From NCBI GenBank assembly GCA_043228905.1, contig JBHGNT010000022.1, positions 10,974,001 to 11,038,000 on the forward strand: DNA of 64,000 nucleotides, written 5' to 3'. How positions within the stretch are numbered: the first letter of the stretch is position 1; every line of letters begins with the position of its first letter. Below, piece by piece: positions 23,899-35,110 of the stretch. Position numbers and translations under genes: made by a program. Under the pieces are notes generated by a model. It searched no databases and was not told where the DNA came from. It saw only the letters and a list, made by a program, of their open reading frames with translations. Source of the DNA: Azolla caroliniana. Its lineage: Eukaryota > Plantae > Polypodiophyta.

Positions 23899-25708
23899 TG
23901 TCACAGATCATAAGCTCAAGAGACAAGCAAGAAGATAATCAAATGGACAAGAAAGAAGATAGTATTAAAGGAAAGACTCCATAACTGGTGTTGTTCACCT
24001 TGAATTCCTTCAAGGTGAACTCCTCTATTTATACTACATGGCATGCATACTTGTTGCACGCATGTGAATCTACAATAGAGCATGTAGGTATGCATGCATG
24101 TGCCAAGTGTAAATACTATAAGGGAGCAACTATGCACATGATGCTAACAAAATAATAAGGACCAATTACATACATAACTATGTACTAGATATCTTGGTTA
24201 ACTCATAATACTAGATTATAACATGGTCGTGTCAAGAGTTCGAATCTTGACATTATCCCCCCTCCTACGCCGCCTTCCCAAATCAGCTGTTGGTTTGTGG
24301 GGATATCGATGATGAAAATCTTGGTCGACCTCTGGGGCATTTTGTAAATTTTCCGATGGTTCCCACGTGGCCTCAGACATGGGGTAACCCCTCCATAGGA
24401 CGAGGTATTGCAAGTGTCGACGGTGGCAACGCGAGTCAAGGATTTGGTCGACCTCGTATTCCTCCCCTGTCGTCAATTGCACAAGTGGTGGTGGTGGGGC
24501 TTGACGTCTTGGGAGTTGTGAAGCATAATGGGGTTCGAGGAGGTAGACATGAAAAACATCGTGAATCCGGAAGTGGGATGGAAGGGCGAGCCGGAAGATG
24601 ACGGGATTGATGCACTCGATGATACAGAATGGTCCCAACTTCTTGTAATCAAGTTTCGCACATGGACGAGTAGTAGAGATGTGTCGACGTAACAACTAGA
24701 CCATGTCTCCAACGACAAAGTGTGGAGTGGAAGATCGATGGCAATCAACCTGCTTCTTGTATCGTTCACTAGCAAGACTAAGCTCCAAGGATAAATCATG
24801 ATGTAGTTCTTCCAAAATGCGGGCACGATCCTCCACCGAAGGGTTCACGGAAGTGGTAGGAAGGGAAATGTTGAAGCGAGGATGTAAACCATAGTTGGCA
24901 AAGAAGGGAGTGACGCCAGTCGATGCATGGAGAGAATTATTGTAGGCGAATTCCGCAAGAGAAAGTAAGTTGACCCAATCATCTTGTTGGTAACTAACCG
25001 AGCACCGAAGATACTGCTCAAGGATTTGGTTGACACTCTCCGTTTGCCCGTCAGTTTGAGGGTGATAAACGGAGGACAACTTGACAGAGATGCCTAAAGT
25101 TTGTAGCAGGCGCTGCCAGAAGTGAGAGACAAACTGGGGTCCGTGATCTGAGATGACATCATCGGGGAGGGGAGTCCATGCAAGCGTACCACATTGTTGA
25201 GTAGTAGATGCACCATTCCTTCTCCGGAAATGGTTTTGGAGCATGGAGTGAAGTGAGCCATCTTCGTAAACCGATCGACAACGACCAACACCGAGTCATA
25301 GCTATTGACCAAGGGTAGATCAGTTATCATGTCCATAGAGATAGAGGCCCAAGGAGGACGAGGACATGGAAGCGGCTGTAGTAAGCCGTATGGCCGTATG
25401 ATGAGTTAACCAAGATATCTAGTATATAGTTATGTATGTAATTGGTCCTTATTATTTTGCTAGCATCATGTGCATAGTTGCTCCCTTGTAGTATTTACAC
25501 TTGGCACATGCATGCATACCTACATGCTCTATTGTAGATTCACATGCGTGCAACAAGTATGCATGCCATGTAGTATAAATAGAGGAGTTCACCTTGAAGG
25601 AACTCAAGGTGAACAACACCAATTATGGAGTCTTTCCTTTAATACTATCTTCTTTCTTGTCCATTTGATTATCTTCTTGCTTGTCTCTTGAGCTTATGAT
25701 CCGTGACA
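23899..25708. mobile_element. Chromovirus derivative with inverted LTRs (23899-24252 minus; ~25397-25708 plus) and perfect TTTTA TSD
   Basis: The arms are reverse complements, and the ORF track shows near-identical 73-aa ORFs on opposite strands. TTTTA at 23894-23898 and 25709-25713. Interior is INT core, GPF and chromodomain plus PPT. Confidence 0.93.
24253..25396 (-). pseudogene. Integrase core plus chromodomain of a Tcn1-like chromovirus
   Basis: PYGLLQPL..ISMD..VVVDRFTKMAHF, ISDHGPQF, HPQTDGQTE, LGPF, EEYEVDQILDSR..QYLVLWRGYPMSEATWEP. Confidence 0.95.
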
Positions 25709-27379
25709 TTTTAAAATTACACAGTAGATGATTTACTCAAAATAAGCGATTTAATTCTCATTGATTAATTTGTTATCAAATTACATATTTATAATACACC
25801 ATTGGCAATGTCTACAAAGCGCCTATAAATAGCTAAGCTCTTGCTGGTCAGTGGAACTTCTCTACATATGTGAGATTCTGCATACCGAGCTCGGTATGGT
25901 GTCCACAACCATGTAGTTAGTTGGCAACTCAATGTTTTCACCAAGTAGTTATCAGGCATTTCGTCAGGTACAATGAGACAACATCTGCGAAGGTTGTAGT
26001 AATGCCGGAAATGTTTAGGCCAGGTATTGCCAAAATTCTGAAAGTCTTTTGAATCTTGCAATATCCTGCTATTGACATGTTTCTCGTGTCCACTAACCCT
26101 TCAAGTGTTGTCACCACTTTGGGAAGAATCTTTCTACACACTTCCAGACATCTGAATGTGGTTTTTCACTCCAAATAAACAAATCAAAGTATTGTACAAC
26201 CCACTCTAGAAATTGATTCACGTCCCTCCTTGGCGTCATATATCGCACACTCATTAGGACTTTATCAAGCTCCAAGATCAAGCCTCTTCTTTCGTCTTCT
26301 AATGGTTTAGGTTTCCATTCCTGCAACTAAGCCTCTATTACACCAAGCATTGGTAGCACACGATCAATTTCAATCAACTCGGGTTCTGTCAACACAACTG
26401 GTGTCCTTTTCCTCTTCAAACCCCTGGTCGACTGTGTCTTTGGGTCTAACTTCACCTTGTTTTGCTCTTGTGCAGTCCTTGGGCCTAGCTTCACATTGTT
26501 TTGCTCTTGTATAGTTGACAATATCATCGGTCCTGGCATTACCTCTGTGCATGTAGATACTTCTCTAGTCGATATCAGCCCATTGGTATCACATGCTGCA
26601 TCTACCTGCAAAATTAGATCGTCTGTGCAACATGATTGATCTACTTGCGTGACCAGATAATTTGTGTCAGTTGTTACATCTACTTTCAAGATGGGGCCCT
26701 GTAAACACGCAACAACATCAACAGTTTCCACACTACCATTGGCCTTAGGAGCAATAGATTCAAACCCTTTAGACTCTGCACAGTAGAAAACACCAACATA
26801 TTCACACTCACAAAGTAGCTAATAGTTTCACTAAACAACATAATGAACATGAAATATTCTGCAACAAAATAATAATATTATCTTAAAATCCATCATAGAA
26901 TTCCATTACATAATGTGGATCAAGCAACAACCAATCTAAGGTTTTACTTGTCCAAATAGACCATAGGCCATCTTCATAATTTTCTAGGAAAATAGCTAAT
27001 AGTCATATAACCACTAATAAGTAATTGGTAGTAATTAGCTCCAACGTTTTGGGATGCGAAGAAATATTGCATCAAGTGTTCAAAAACATTGTTGTTATGA
27101 ACCTTAGATTTACACGTTGTTTCCAATATTTCATGGCTTTTCACAACGTTGCCTAATTCCGTACAATCTTCCAAAAGAATATAGTGGAGCTGATCTAAAG
27201 GAGATGTGATAGCAGGACTCTTACTTTCAGCCACATTGCCAGCTATCTCCTCATCGGTTGCCGCATCATCGGCAACCGACACCTCATGCAACCTCCTTAA
27301 TCCACGAGATTCTACAACATGTTAGCTAATTATCGACTTCTCTTGTGTTTTTCTATGACCTTACCTGAATACTAAACAT

Positions 27380-28935
27380 GATAGCTAATTAGCTACATGG
27401 TAGGTAATTAGCGGCCACTCTTGATACTGCTCGATACTGCTACATCCTAGCTAATTAGCTACTAATTAGCTATTCTTCCTAACTATGGTGGTAGCTAACA
27501 CTCTTGATACTGCTTAGCTAATTAGCTGCTAGACTATAGATTGGCAGAAACTAATTAGCTACATCTTAGCGAATTAGCTATTCTACTTTACTATGGTAGT
27601 AGCTAAATAGATATTTTTCTTAACTATGGAAATAGCTAATTACCTATCACTCTTGATACTGCTTAGCTAATTAGCTGCTAGACTATAGCTAACTAGCTAC
27701 ATCTTAGATAATTAGCTATTCTACTTTAGTATGGGAGTAGCTAATTAGCTACATCTTAGCTAATAAGCTATTCTACTTTAGTATGGTAGTGGCTAATTAG
27801 CTACGTTTTAGCTAAATAGCTATTCTTCTTAACTATGATAGTAGCTAATTAGCTATCACTCTTGATACTGCTTAGCTAAATAACTACATCTTAGCTAAAT
27901 AGCTATTCTTCTGAACTATGGCAATAACTAATTAGCTATCACTCTTGATACTAGTTAGCTAATTAGCTACATCTTAGCTAATTAGTTGCTAGACTATAGC
28001 TACATCTTAGCTAATTAGCGACATCATAGCTAATTAGCTATTCTACTTTAGTATGGAAGTAGCTAATTAGCTATTCTACTTTAGTATGGTAATGGCTAAT
28101 TAGCTACATCTTACCTAAATAGCTATTCTTCTTAATTATGGCAGTAGCTAATTAGCTATCACTCTTGATACTATTAAGCTAAATAGCTACATCTTAGCTA
28201 AATAGCTATTCTTCTTAACTATGACAGTAACTAATTAGCTATCACTCTTGATACTGCTTAGCTAATTAGCTACATCTTAGCTAATTAGTTGCTAGACTAT
28301 AGGTTGGCGGTAGCTAATTGGCTACATCATAGCTAATTAGCTATACTACTTAAATATGGCAATAGGTAATTAGCAACTTTGTAGCTAATTAGCCACTACA
28401 CTACATTGGATCTAATTAGCTACTACAATATAGGCTGGCAACAACTAATTAGCTATTCTACTTAACTATGGTAGTAGCTAATTTGCTAAGTGGTAGCTAA
28501 TTAGCTACTCCACTATAGGCTAGCAGTAGCTAAATAGCTACCACTTAGCTAATTATCTACATCTTAGCTAATTAACTATTCTTTTTAACTATTGTAGTAG
28601 CTAATTAGCTATTGCACTATAGGGTGGCAGTAGCTAATTAGCTATTCTACTTAAGTATGGTAGTAACTAATTAGCTTCATTGTAGCTAATTAGCTACTAC
28701 ACTATAGGTTGATAGTAGCTAATTAGTTACCACTTAGCTAATTAGCTACATCTTAGCTAATTAGCTCCTAGACTATAGCTAATTAGCTAATGCCAGACCA
28801 TAGATTTACAGTAGCTAATTAGCTACATCTTGGCTAATTAGCTAATACCGAGGTTGTAGCTAATTAGCTACTACACTATTGAACCATAACAACTAAATAT
28901 CTACCACACTTTATATGACTTAGCTAATTAGCTAC
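27380..28935. repeat. Intronic array of the 14-bp palindrome TAGCTAATTAGCTA with a small set of recurring spacers
   Basis: Dozens of exact or near copies separated by recurring linkers such as CATCT, TTCTACTTTAGTATGGTAG, TCACTCTTGATACTGCT and TTCTTCTTAACTATGG. Confidence 0.97.
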
Positions 28936-30459
28936 TACACTATAGAGACAAGCAACAATTTTACCTGCCAGTTTTCCCCACTCATCTAGGAGAGTTGTTT
29001 TGCAATCCCCCAAACAGACTGTAGCAATGCAACATGCATATTGAAAACAAACAATGTGTTATGTGTGCTAGCATGGTTGTAGGTGTACCAATAGAGTAGC
29101 AATTTTGTCCTCTATGCTTAAGCCGCAAGCGATGCAACGTGCTTGAACAGCCAATATATCGTTGCCTGGTTCTCCTTCGTTTCGTAAGGGAGCAAGAATG
29201 CTGAGGTCCAATTCTTGTCTGCTCTTTACCATCCCTTCCACAAAATGTAGCTGCTTCTTAAGGCAACTAACTACCTGTTCTTGACGGGAGTATTGTTCCT
29301 AGAACGTAACTGAGCAATTACCGATTTATCATTCCTTAATGACGAAGATAGAACAACAAGATACAAGAATCATTAACTTACTTGGAGGTTCTCCAAATTG
29401 TAACCAACGACAATATTTACACCTAGAAGGTCCAGGTTCATTGAAAGAACCTGGATCTCTATCTGAAGTTGTATTTTCCATTGGGGATCCAACGGTCCCT
29501 CAATTTGGAGCTCATATTGAGCAACCTGTTCCAAATAATGCCTCACTAAGCACATTTTCATGTACAAGTTATTTATAACATGTTATATACTAGCAAAACA
29601 ATAGCTACCTGAATCTTATTTCTGATTGTTGTCACTGCCAAAGTGACTTTGCTCTCTATCGCGACAGCCAATGTTACTCTCTCTAAATCAGACTTTGTTG
29701 GCTCTAATGTCTCACAGGCTTCATGGAAATTTTTCAACATATAGCTAATCAATGTCTCACCTGTATCATCGACATTGGCTTTCATTGTGTTTCGGTGTGG
29801 TGTATACTTCCGATTTTGTTGGGAGTTAGCAGTTGCATCATCAACTGCCATGCTCCAGAATCTTGCCATTTTTTGTTGCAAGCTCTCCATCTTTCATCAT
29901 CGTTCTATTGATGCCTCACCATAAATTGCCCAAGCTACCTTGTACATTTCAGAGTCTGTTGTTTCCTTCGTTGTTTTGCAATACTCATATGCAAAAGCTC
30001 TCGTGAATGCAATAGACAACTCGTTGTTGACCAAGATCTCTTGATGTACTTTTTGGTGGAGCCTCATGCAGTCCTCATACAACTCTGATCGTACATTCTT
30101 GAGCTTCACCTTGCCTTTCACTCTGGGCACTTTAAAGATTGACAACCAGTCTACATCACTAATCAATTTATCTGTTGTTAAAGTCCATATATGTTGTTAA
30201 AGTCCTCTTTTGTCTCGTAAAACTTTGCAAAGTTCAGCACTCTAGGATATGGAGGAGCAAGCCACATGAAATAAAAAATCAATATATGTTAGCTCTGCTG
30301 TACTGGGACATGTGTATTGAGTACCATTCACCCAAATCAGCCACATTCACCCAAATCCTAAATCAAATTTGGGGGAAGTTTGCACACACAACCATTGAAA
30401 TCAGAAATGTGAATTGATGCAAAATTCCAACACTAAATCTGAAATTTTCAACAGTAATA

Positions 30460-30715
30460 AAAAATCAACCGCTTAAAAAATCAAAAACCCTATTTTGAAA
30501 CCTTAATCAGAAACCCTGGTCAGAAATCAACCGCTTAAGGAAATAAAAAATCCTAATTAGAAACCTTAATGAGAAACCCTAATAAAAAATCGTAATTAGA
30601 AATCAACCGCTTAAGGAAATCAAAAACCCTAATTAGAAACCTTAATCAGAAATCAACCTTTTAAGCAAATCAGGAACCCTAATTTGATATGTGTATCAAA
30701 TAAACCCTAATCAAA
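30460..30715. repeat. Degenerate intronic repeat rich in telo-box (AAACCCTAA)-like motifs
   Basis: AAACCCTA/AAACCTTAAT and AAATCAACCGCTTAA units are interleaved several times. Confidence 0.75.
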
Positions 30716-31620
30716 TTGTTTGTCAATAAAACACACACCTGTTGCTACACCCTGATCTTCGAGACATCCTTGTTTGGAACTCCAACGACTTCACCCTAAT
30801 CATTTTTTATAAAAGATGAACAAGCAACAAAGTTACAGTTATCAAAAAGGAAAAAAAGAGGATTTTTTAATGTGTAACTGATACATACCTAAACGAGGAT
30901 CGAATTGGTGGTGTGTTGTAGCTCTGAAGGTGTAATGTCGATATCAGAGTTTTTGTGTTGTTGCGGGAGCTTCATCTAGGTTCATGCTCAAGAGTACTCC
31001 ATCTATTTGGATTTCGAACTCAAACTCAGGATTAACAGGAATTTGATGACATTCAAGTCGAGTTTAGATGAGGGCATTGTTCCCCAAGTTCCACTACGTT
31101 AGAAACAAAAGTTCAAAATTTTGAGTATTCTCATAAATTAAATGACATGTATTTAAATGACATATATTTAATTAATAAAGCATAAAATTTCGTAAATGAT
31201 CCTTATGGCTAAACAAATAGCTAAATAGCTATGGCCATTTTACCAGCTTATTAGCTATAATATTGTTTCCACTCACATGCTTTTACCCAGATCCTAATCC
31301 TCTTCACTCTTTGTTCATCCAAACCCTGTCAAGACAGAGAGAGAGAGAGAGAGAGAGAAAGAAAGAAAGAAGATAGAGAGATAATTGAAAATGAATTATT
31401 ATATTGAAGAGTAAATGGATTACAAAGAGTAGGCAACAGAGTACTACAAAATGGCGTTGAACCAATTTAGGTTTGGGATGAGTGGTAGATCCCAATTTAT
31501 AAGTAACAGAGAACACTCTAGAATATTCTAGGTCATTCTAGAATGTAGAGTAATATAGAATATTCCTATGATATTAGATTTTATATTCTAAAAACTATAT
31601 ATACAAGAATATTTAAAATA

Positions 31621-31680
31621 CAATGGCTAAGGATTTGACATGTGTACAACAAGGTCGTGGGTTCAAATCCCTTCGAGGCA
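31621..31680 (+). promoter_or_regulatory. tRNA-like Pol III A/B-box cassette in LTR U3 (second copy ~36722-36781)
   Basis: AATGGCTAAGG...GGTCGTGGGTTCAAATCCC with 36 nt from the D-loop G to the B-box G, as in tRNAs. No complete cloverleaf. Confidence 0.65.
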
Positions 31681-31799
31681 TAATGTGAGTATCATGATCC
31701 TTTCGATGCATGATGTGAGTGTTATCATGACATTATCCCCCTTCTGCGACGACACGTCTCAGGGATTGTAGGGTTTGTATTAGGACGTGGTTTACGAGG

Positions 31800-34700
31800 A
31801 TATCAGTGATGAAATGCAGTGAAGAGATTTGCAGCAGGTTCCCAAGTTCGATCATTGGGGGTATAGCGTAGCTAATCGACTAAGTAACTTGTTGCGCACG
31901 ATTTTAGAATCCAGAATGGCAACAACTTCAAATTTGGGTCCGTCCAAGAACTGGACAAGTGGGGGGGGTGTTGTAAGACGGCCCGGAATTGAACTCATAG
32001 TATAAGGTTCCAAAAGGGATACATGAAACATCGGATGAAGATTCATGTGTGGAGGGAGGCCAAGACAAAATGCAACATCACTTATCTTACCAGTGATCAT
32101 GTAAGGGCCAAAACGTTGGTAATCCAATTTACTGCAAGGTCAAGTGGTCTTGATGTTGTGTTGAAGAAGCCATACATGATCCCCAACACGGAACTTTTTT
32201 AAGGAGTCTAGACGATGACAATCGGCAAGCCTCTTGTGTGTAACTTGAGCATCGTGCAAATTGTGGAGGATGGTAGCGTGAATTTCTTGGAGGCGACTAA
32301 GACGATCCCTGGCAGCAAGGTTGGTAGGAACGTTTGGATGCGCATTCACCATCCATCGAGGATGACGGCCCGCATTTGCGAAAAATGGGAAATATCTTGT
32401 AGAAGAATGGGTTGAGTTGTTGTAAGCGAATTCCGCCAAGTGAAAAAAATCAACCCAATCATCTTGTTGATAGTTAATGAAACAACAAAGATATTGCTCC
32501 AATGTCTGGTTGGTGCGCTCAGTTTGGCCATTTGTTTCGGGATGATAGCCCGAAGAAAGCTTAACCGAAATGTTGAGAAGTTTGAACATGTGCTTCCAAA
32601 ACTTTGAGATGAATTGTGAACCATGATCACTAATAATATCATCCGGCAGACCATGATGCTTAAATACCTCCCTCATAACGAGATCGGCCGCCTCTCGACT
32701 AGTAATCGACTTCATACATGGCAAGAAAGTACCATTTTGGTTAATCGATCAACCACTGTGAGAATTGCATCAAAACCTTTTGAAACTGGCAGATCAGTAA
32801 TGAAATCCAAGGATATAGACTTCCAAGGATTTTCCGGAATGGGAAGTGGTTGTACTAAGCCATAGGATCAGTGACGAGGACTCTTTGATCGACAACATAT
32901 ATCACAACTACGAACATACTCAACAAAATGACGAAGGCAAGGTCACTAATAGCGTCAAGAAATTAATTCTAGAGTCTTGCAAACTCCAAAATGAGCAGCC
33001 ATTGCTGAGTCTTGGCAATGTTGTAAAACTTGTAGTTGTGGGGGACCCTCAGGAACATACAATAGGTTTTGTCGAAACAGAAAACCACCATGCTAATAGA
33101 ACTGATGATAGTCATTACGAGGATTTTTCGACCGTGAGGAAGAAGCATGATCTGGGTCGATATGATCCAAAACATCCTTGGTGAAATCATCACTGGCCAT
33201 ATGATCTCGAATGGAATCAAGAAGAATGGAATCTTCAAGAGTTGTTATGGCATTAACTACCATTAATCGTAAGTGATTAGGACCCAAAAGGATTTGTTTT
33301 TTATGCTCAAATGCAGGTTCCCCTGGACGAAGTTCCATATAAGAGCGCCGAGAAAGAGCATCTGCTTTGTCTTGCTGCATCCTAGGGCTATATATGATGA
33401 TAAAGCCAAAGTGAGTCAAAAATTGCGCCCACCGGGCTTGTTGCCGACTCAAGACTCGAGCATTTTGGAAATAAGTCAAGTTCTTATGATCATTGTAGAC
33501 AATGATCTACTGAGAAGAACCTTCTAGAAAATGTCGCCATTGTTTAAACGAATGCACAATTGCAAGAAGCTCTTTGTCATGGATCTCGTAGTTGATCTCT
33601 ATAGGTTCAAACTTTCGTGAATGAAAGGCGACAGGGTGTAGCTGTCCATCATCTCCAGTCTGCGAGAGGACACTCCCTAGTGCAAAATCGGATGCATTGG
33701 CTTCGAGGATAAAGCCTTTTGTTGGGTCGAAATGTGCTAAGATAGGTGCTATTGTAAATGCTCATTTTAAGCTTTCAAATGCCTCGACTGCATCTGAACT
33801 CCATATAAATAGCTGATTTTTATGTGTGAGTTGAGTAAGCGGAAGCACCACCTTGGAATAATCTTTAATAAATTTTCGATAAAAATTTGCAAACCCGAGA
33901 AAACATTGCACATCACGCACTGAAAGGGGCGTTTGCCACTCTAAAATTTCTTGTACCTTCATAGGGTCCATAGCAATACCATCTGATGATACAACATACC
34001 CCTAAAATTCCACTTGATTTTGGCCGAAACTACACTTTTCTAATTTTCTGTAGAGACCATATTCTCGGAGTCGACGCAGTACCTGACGAACATGTTCATC
34101 ATGCTCCTCTTAGGTGTTCAAGTAGATTAAAATATCATCTAGGTAAACTATAGTGAAGATATCAAGAAAATCTCGAAAAATATCGTTCTCCATATGTTGG
34201 AAAACAACAGGTGCATTCGTGAGACTGAATGGCATCACAGTATACTCAAAATGTCCATAGTGAGTGCGAAAAGTTGTCTTCCATTCATCCCCCGGGCGAA
34301 TCCGAACTAGATTATATGCTCCACGAAGGTCCAACTTCATGAAATATTTTGCACCACTAAGACGTTCCAAAAGATTCGGGATTAACGGTAGAGCATATCT
34401 ATTCCGGATAGTCACTTTGTTTAGCCCTTGATAATCCACGACCAAACGAAGGGTCCCATTCTTCTTCTTAACGAAGAAGATAGGTGCACCAGCAGGGGAT
34501 CTAGAGTGCCGAATGAATCCGTTTGCCAGATTCTCATCAATATATTCCCGCAAATTCTCTAGTTCTACAGGGGAGAGATTATAAATTGGGCCCCATGGAG
34601 GTTCTTTCCCTGGTTGTAAGTCAATAGGGCAGTCGTATGGCCGATGCTCTGGCAATGTATTGGCCTTCACCTTCTCAAAGATATCTGAGAACTCCTTGTA

Positions 34701-35110
34701 TTTCTCTGGTATGGAGTTGCTACTATTGTGAAGACGAACATGACCTTGTTTCCCCCTTCCTCCCGCAATTGTCATAAAGAGATGGTCGATAACTCCGGGG
34801 ATCTATTATCACATGTAGGAGAGAGAGATGCGGGTTTTGTGCTTTTTTCCCGGGTCTCCTCAATTGTTCTTTTCATCGAATCAATCTTCGGGTTATGGAG
34901 TTCAAACCAAGGGAAACCTAGAACTATTGGGTGTTCCGAACTACGAATAATGTTGAAAGAGATTATGCTTGCCAAATCACCAAGGACTATCCTCATTGGC
35001 TAGCTTATTCAAGAGGATATTTTGTGACAAGGAAAATTCACAATCCATGAAACAAGAGTTGGCTCCAGAATCTAGGAGGGTAGAGGCTAGGACTCGATGA
35101 CATGTAGATG
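31800..35110 (-). pseudogene. pol: Chromovirus pol (PR-RT-RH-INT-chromodomain), fragmented
   Basis: [70 protein letters not shown]. Confidence 0.95.

Larger units (their letters stand above)
25790..31040 (-). pseudogene. Six-exon transposon cargo gene: unknown N-terminal domain, RING-H2 finger, linker with NLS, FCP1/NIF-like HAD domain
   Basis: Exons ~31040-30889, 30795-30739, 30171-29609, 29298-28965, 27311-27225 and 26775-~25790 have GT-AG borders and compatible phases (1,1,0,1,1). RING: CIAC-x17-C*H-x2-H-x2-C-x10-CLGDC. HAD-like: LILELDKVL..PRRDVNQFLEWVVQYFDLFIWS..WTRETC..FKRLSEFW. Multiple in-frame stops. Confidence 0.75.
23030..31288. mobile_element. Right part of a large TIR DNA transposon (tentatively Sola2-like) with transposase C-terminus and a convergent cargo gene
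   Basis: Right terminus revcomp GGGTAAAAGCATGTGAGTGGAAACAATATTATAGCTAA matches the MITE right end GGGTGAAAGCATGTGAATAGAAAAACTATTATAGCTAA. Left TIR not in the window. GRG termini with a 4-bp TSD (seen on the MITE) fit Sola2; the superfamily call is inference. Confidence 0.6.

Noticed and set aside
25789-26061. ORF-track peptide as the continuation of the HAD domain
   Set aside because: The stop-interrupted frame continuing from 26111 (WTRETC..FKRLSEFW) fits the FCP1-like pattern better.
27380-28935. CRISPR-like repeat/spacer appearance
   Set aside because: The repeat is only 14 bp, spacers are short, variable and reused, there are no cas genes, and the context is eukaryotic.
30460-30715. Interstitial telomere
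   Set aside because: Motifs are isolated within longer units, not (TTTAGGG)n runs.
31621-31680. Functional tRNA gene
   Set aside because: No acceptor stem or anticodon arm can be formed; only the boxes and spacing are retained.
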